A stretch of 64,000 nt of DNA from an uncultured Gammaproteobacteria bacterium (lineage in GTDB: Bacteria; Patescibacteriota; Microgenomatia; Levybacterales; GWA1-39-11): contig CAYPEN010000002.1 in NCBI GenBank assembly GCA_964409875.1, forward strand, positions 274,630-338,629. The letters run 5' to 3'. Under the pieces are notes generated by a model that was not told the origin of the DNA, did not search any database, and was given only the letters and a program-made list of their open reading frames with translations. Shown piece by piece: positions 60,277-64,000 of the stretch. The translations under genes were made by a program, and so were the position numbers. How positions within the stretch are numbered: the first letter of the stretch is position 1; each line of letters begins with the position of its first letter.

Positions 60277-61740
60277 ATGGGTGGACTTATTGTTCGGATT
60301 TATCACAGTAGACCGGTTTTCAATCACAGAACTGCTTGGTTTTTGCTTCTCGCATGTTTTCTTTTCATCCTACTTAGACTCCCGTCTCTTATCGAGCCCC
60401 ACTGGTACGGTGATGAGGGAATATATCAAGTTGTAGGAAGAGCAATAGATTCGGGAAGAATTCTCTATAAAGATATATGGGATAATAAGCCGCCTGTATT
60501 GTATTTATATTATGCATTGGTAAATGGGAGCCTTTTTGGTATAAAACTTCTTTCTCTTATTTCAGGCGTTGCGTCAGTCGTCGCTTTTTTCTTTCTCTCA
60601 ACAAAAATATTTAAAACCGGAGCTATCCGATATATAACCACTCTTATATATCTCATACTTTTTGGGCTGCCCTTATTGGAAGGAAATATTGCCAATGCTG
60701 AAAATTTTATGCTTTTCCCCACAATATTAGCTGGATATCTTGTCTATTCATATTCGGAGAAGAAAAGAACCGGTTTGTTGCTTCTTGCCGGCTTGTTGCT
60801 TTCGCTTGCCTTTGTTACAAAAGTAGTCGCACTTTTTGATTTTATGGCATTTTTTATATTCTTAAGCTTTGCAGAAAAAGGAGAATACAAAAAAATGGTA
60901 CGACCGCTTTTATCTTTTTTCCTGGTGTTCGTATCTTTTATGGTAGGATTTGTATGCTACTTTTTTTTGCGAGGTGCTTTTGGGGATTTCGTAGGATCTG
61001 TCTTTTTTCAAAATGTTTCGTATGTAGGAGAGCAGAACCATTTCATATTTCCTTTGGGAACGTTACTTATCAAAACAATTCTTTTGGCTGGAGTTGCTAC
61101 TTTTATCCTCAGTAAGAAAAAGTACCTGTCAAAGCAAACGTTTTTTCTCTATCTATGGTTTGCGTTTTCAGTATATAACGCCTTTTTTTCCGAACGTCCG
61201 TACACGCATTATCTGCTCGTTGCTCTCCCCTCATTTAGTCTTTTGGTAGGCCAACTCATCCATTCAAAAAAGAAGAGAGTTTTCAATGGAATTATGCTTG
61301 GTATATCTATATTCCTAGCTTTTACTTATTTTCAATTGTATAAAAAGACTACTACGTATTATCAAAATTACCTACAGTTTATTACCAACAATAAAAATAT
61401 TGTTGATTACGAATCTTTTTTTGACAACAACACTCCGCGTGATTATGATATTGCAAATTTTATTACGACGAATGTTGCGGCAAATGACAAAATATTTCTA
61501 CTTTCTGATAACGCACAGATATATGCGCTTTCTAACAAGCTGCCAATAGGAAAATATATCGTTGCGTATCACATTACTTTTTACAAAAATGCGGATATAA
61601 TTACAAAGAAGCAGATTGATGAAACACAACCAAGATTCATCATTCAAACAGTCGAAGATCCCTTACTTGATGACTTACTTTCTTCATACCGGCTGAAATA
61701 TATAATGGAGGGAGTAAAAATATATGAAAGAGAAATTTAA
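60277..61740 (+). CDS. GT-C (ArnT/PMT-like) membrane glycosyltransferase
   Basis: GDEGIY, LYKDIWDNKPP, NAE.F, HY. Confidence 0.85.
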   Translation: MGGLIVRIYHSRPVFNHRTAWFLLLACFLFILLRLPSLIEPHWYGDEGIYQVVGRAIDSGRILYKDIWDNKPPVLYLYYALVNGSLFGIKLLSLISGVASVVAFFFLSTKIFKTGAIRYITTLIYLILFGLPLLEGNIANAENFMLFPTILAGYLVYSYSEKKRTGLLLLAGLLLSLAFVTKVVALFDFMAFFIFLSFAEKGEYKKMVRPLLSFFLVFVSFMVGFVCYFFLRGAFGDFVGSVFFQNVSYVGEQNHFIFPLGTLLIKTILLAGVATFILSKKKYLSKQTFFLYLWFAFSVYNAFFSERPYTHYLLVALPSFSLLVGQLIHSKKKRVFNGIMLGISIFLAFTYFQLYKKTTTYYQNYLQFITNNKNIVDYESFFDNNTPRDYDIANFITTNVAANDKIFLLSDNAQIYALSNKLPIGKYIVAYHITFYKNADIITKKQIDETQPRFIIQTVEDPLLDDLLSSYRLKYIMEGVKIYEREI

Positions 61741-62077
61741 TCTTATGTTATCCGACCAGTTCGCGAGAATATCTCTCTTGCTTGGTCTTGTTTCTGTACT
61801 TCCTCTTGTAATTCTTATTTTTATTTCATATGGCAGTCTCCCACCACTTATCCCTTTTTACAATAGTATGCCCTGGGGAGAGGAACGGCTTGTAAACTCA
61901 CAAGTCACTATTTTTCTTCCATTCTTGCTTCTTATTATATTTGTCGGTAATTTGCTATACGCGTTGTTTGCATATAAGAAGAATGTTTTAGTTTCAAGAA
62001 TCGTTTTATTTAATTGTTTTCTGTTCCTACTCCTTGGGTTGTTGGCTTATTTACAGATTTTATTTTTAACATTCTAA
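61724..62077 (+). CDS. Small membrane protein
   Basis: Three TM helices, LPP.IP.YNS.PWG. Confidence 0.75.
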   Translation: MKEKFNLMLSDQFARISLLLGLVSVLPLVILIFISYGSLPPLIPFYNSMPWGEERLVNSQVTIFLPFLLLIIFVGNLLYALFAYKKNVLVSRIVLFNCFLFLLLGLLAYLQILFLTF

Positions 62078-63132
62078 TGCAACAAGAACTATTATTGGCA
62101 CCGGTCGTCTCCTGCCTTATTACTCTGCTTACTGTCCCATTTGTCATAAAGTTTGCCAAAAAAACAAAACTTATGGACGATCCCAAAACCCATATCCATC
62201 CGGCTGTTCTTCATAAAAAGCCCATTCCACGGGCTGGTGGGCTTGCCATATATATAGGTATGCTTGTTGCGGCGTTGGTTTTTGTTCCGATGGATAATTT
62301 TGTCCGGACAATTTTCCTAGGAGGACTAATAGTTGTTGTAACTGGAATTCTTGATGATAAATTTGATTTGTCTCCCTATGTCCGTTTTGCAATAAATATC
62401 ATAACTGCGATTATTGCTGTGTATGCAGGCGTTTCTATTCCCTTCATTACCAATCCTGTTGGTGGGATACTGCACTTTACGAATTTTCAATTTTCCTTTT
62501 TATTTTTATCGTTCCATTTAGGGGATGTACTTGCTGTTATATGGATTGTGTGGGTTATGAATATGTTAAATTGGAGCAAAGGTGTTGATGGTCAAATGCC
62601 TGGGATTGCCGCGATATCCTCGTTTGTTATTGGCATTGCCGCCTTTAGATTTCTTCCGGTAGAACAATTCAGTCTTACGACTTCTATGATTTCATTTATC
62701 GTGGGCGGTGCTTCATTAGGTTTTCTTTTTTACAATTTCTACCCGGCAAAAATCTTCCCTGGGTATAGCGCTACAATTTTAGGATATTTTATCGGTATTC
62801 TTTCTATCACTTCGGGAGTAAAATTGGCAACGGCAGTTTTAGTGATGGGTGTACCAAGTGTGGACGCGGCGATAACAATTATCAGAAGAATTCTCTCGAA
62901 AAAATCTCCATTCTGGCATGATAGGGGACATCTTCACCATCTTCTTTTAAATTACGGGATGGGTCACAGGAGTATTGCGGTATTTTATTGGTTAATGTCG
63001 TTGATATTGGGAGTTGTCGCACTGAGCGCGTCAAGTCGTGGAAAGCTTTTTGTTATAATGTTGGTGGTTGTTGTCGTTTTGGGATTTGTATTCATGTTGC
63101 GGATTGCTGGAAAAAAACAGGACTATGATTAA
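62077..63132 (+). CDS. MraY/WecA/TagO family polyprenyl-phosphate sugar-1-phosphate transferase
   Basis: H.KP.PR.GG, G.LDD, N..N...G.DG, NFYPAKIF, D.GHLHH. Confidence 0.92.
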   Translation: MQQELLLAPVVSCLITLLTVPFVIKFAKKTKLMDDPKTHIHPAVLHKKPIPRAGGLAIYIGMLVAALVFVPMDNFVRTIFLGGLIVVVTGILDDKFDLSPYVRFAINIITAIIAVYAGVSIPFITNPVGGILHFTNFQFSFLFLSFHLGDVLAVIWIVWVMNMLNWSKGVDGQMPGIAAISSFVIGIAAFRFLPVEQFSLTTSMISFIVGGASLGFLFYNFYPAKIFPGYSATILGYFIGILSITSGVKLATAVLVMGVPSVDAAITIIRRILSKKSPFWHDRGHLHHLLLNYGMGHRSIAVFYWLMSLILGVVALSASSRGKLFVIMLVVVVVLGFVFMLRIAGKKQDYD

Positions 63133-63194
63133 TGTAATTAAGCATATGACCTGCGACTGCCAAGAGCAGGGCATACGATTACATACCTGATTCT

Positions 63195-64000
63195 ATGATT
63201 AAGCACGGGTATTATGTCATCAAACTTCTTCGTCCCCGTCAGTGGATAAAGAATTTTGCCCTTTTTGCGGGCGTTACATTTGCGGGTCAACTTTTTAACG
63301 GAGATTTATTTTCTCAAGTGGTGAATGGATTCATTGCGTTTTGTTTGTTCGCTTCTGCTACGTACATATTCAACGATATATTGGATGTAAAAAAAGATAG
63401 ACTACATCCGTTTAAAAGATTGAGGCCTATCGCAAGTGGAAATATCTCTATTCCAGAAGCCGTTGTTATCCTTATTGTGATTCTTTTTATTGCGCTTCTT
63501 ATTGCTCTTAATACCAGTTTACTGTTCACTGTAATTGGTATTTCATATATCGTCCTTCAAATTCTTTATTCAACAATCTTTAAATCCATAACAATCTTCG
63601 ATATCCTTTTTATTGCAACGGGCTATATCTTGCGAATTCTAGCAGGGGAGGCGATTTCAAATTTCCATACATCAATTTGGCTGTTGTTAACTGCGGTTTC
63701 ACTTTCTCTATTTTTGGCTGTTGGAAAACGGCGTTCAGAACTTACCCTCCTTCAAAATGTGAAGGGCGGTGCAAAAATTGATGAAGTGCGAAAAACCCTT
63801 TCGCACTATTCAGAAGCATTGCTTGATTCTTTCTCGACCATTTTTGCCACATCGACATTTGTGTTTTATGGGCTGTTCACCTTTCTAGCAACTCCACGGG
63901 GGCTACATATCGGACTTGACGTTTTGCTTCCTGAATATCTTCCCTCATATTTCAATAGAAAGTGGTTGATGGTAACGATATTACCAGTAATTTATGGAGT
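63195..64000 (+). CDS. UbiA-family decaprenyl-phosphate phosphoribosyltransferase-like protein (3'-truncated; not in ORF track)
   Basis: Translated by eye: MIKHGYYVIKLLRPRQWIKN...YIFNDILDVKKDRLHPFKRLRPIASG...GKRRSEL. Confidence 0.9.
   Translation, partial: MIKHGYYVIKLLRPRQWIKNFALFAGVTFAGQLFNGDLFSQVVNGFIAFCLFASATYIFNDILDVKKDRLHPFKRLRPIASGNISIPEAVVILIVILFIALLIALNTSLLFTVIGISYIVLQILYSTIFKSITIFDILFIATGYILRILAGEAISNFHTSIWLLLTAVSLSLFLAVGKRRSELTLLQNVKGGAKIDEVRKTLSHYSEALLDSFSTIFATSTFVFYGLFTFLATPRGLHIGLDVLLPEYLPSYFNRKWLMVTILPVIYG

Overview
Bacterial chromosomal window read with the standard code. Gene content suggests a Patescibacteria/CPR organism, probably Microgenomates-like (inference: many GT-C glycosyltransferases, PilN/PilO, a VirD4/HerA-like ATPase, Thr/Pro-rich surface proteins, very short intergenic regions). 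It carries the 3' part of a B12-dependent ribonucleotide reductase with pduO and two cobalamin riboswitch-like motifs, comF, tmRNA with a serine-recombinase island (HEPN-like and toxin-antitoxin-like cargo), smpB, three tRNAs (Ile-UAU, Ser-GCU, Ser-UGA), Ni-SOD sodN/sodX, pyrC/pyrD-like genes, pcrA, tpiA, an envelope glycosylation cluster, rpsT, murJ, lepA, groES/groEL and tatD. The most striking unannotated signal is a recurring family of ~40-90 bp hairpin units, each duplicating the terminus of the gene it abuts. These are: three purely synonymous copies of the last 8 codons of nrdJ, arrays of tRNA 5'-end copies before both tRNA-Ser genes with covarying stems, an intact tRNA-Ile nested inside a split degenerate copy of itself, and single units at two protein-gene junctions. 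All calls are by eye; no searches were run.
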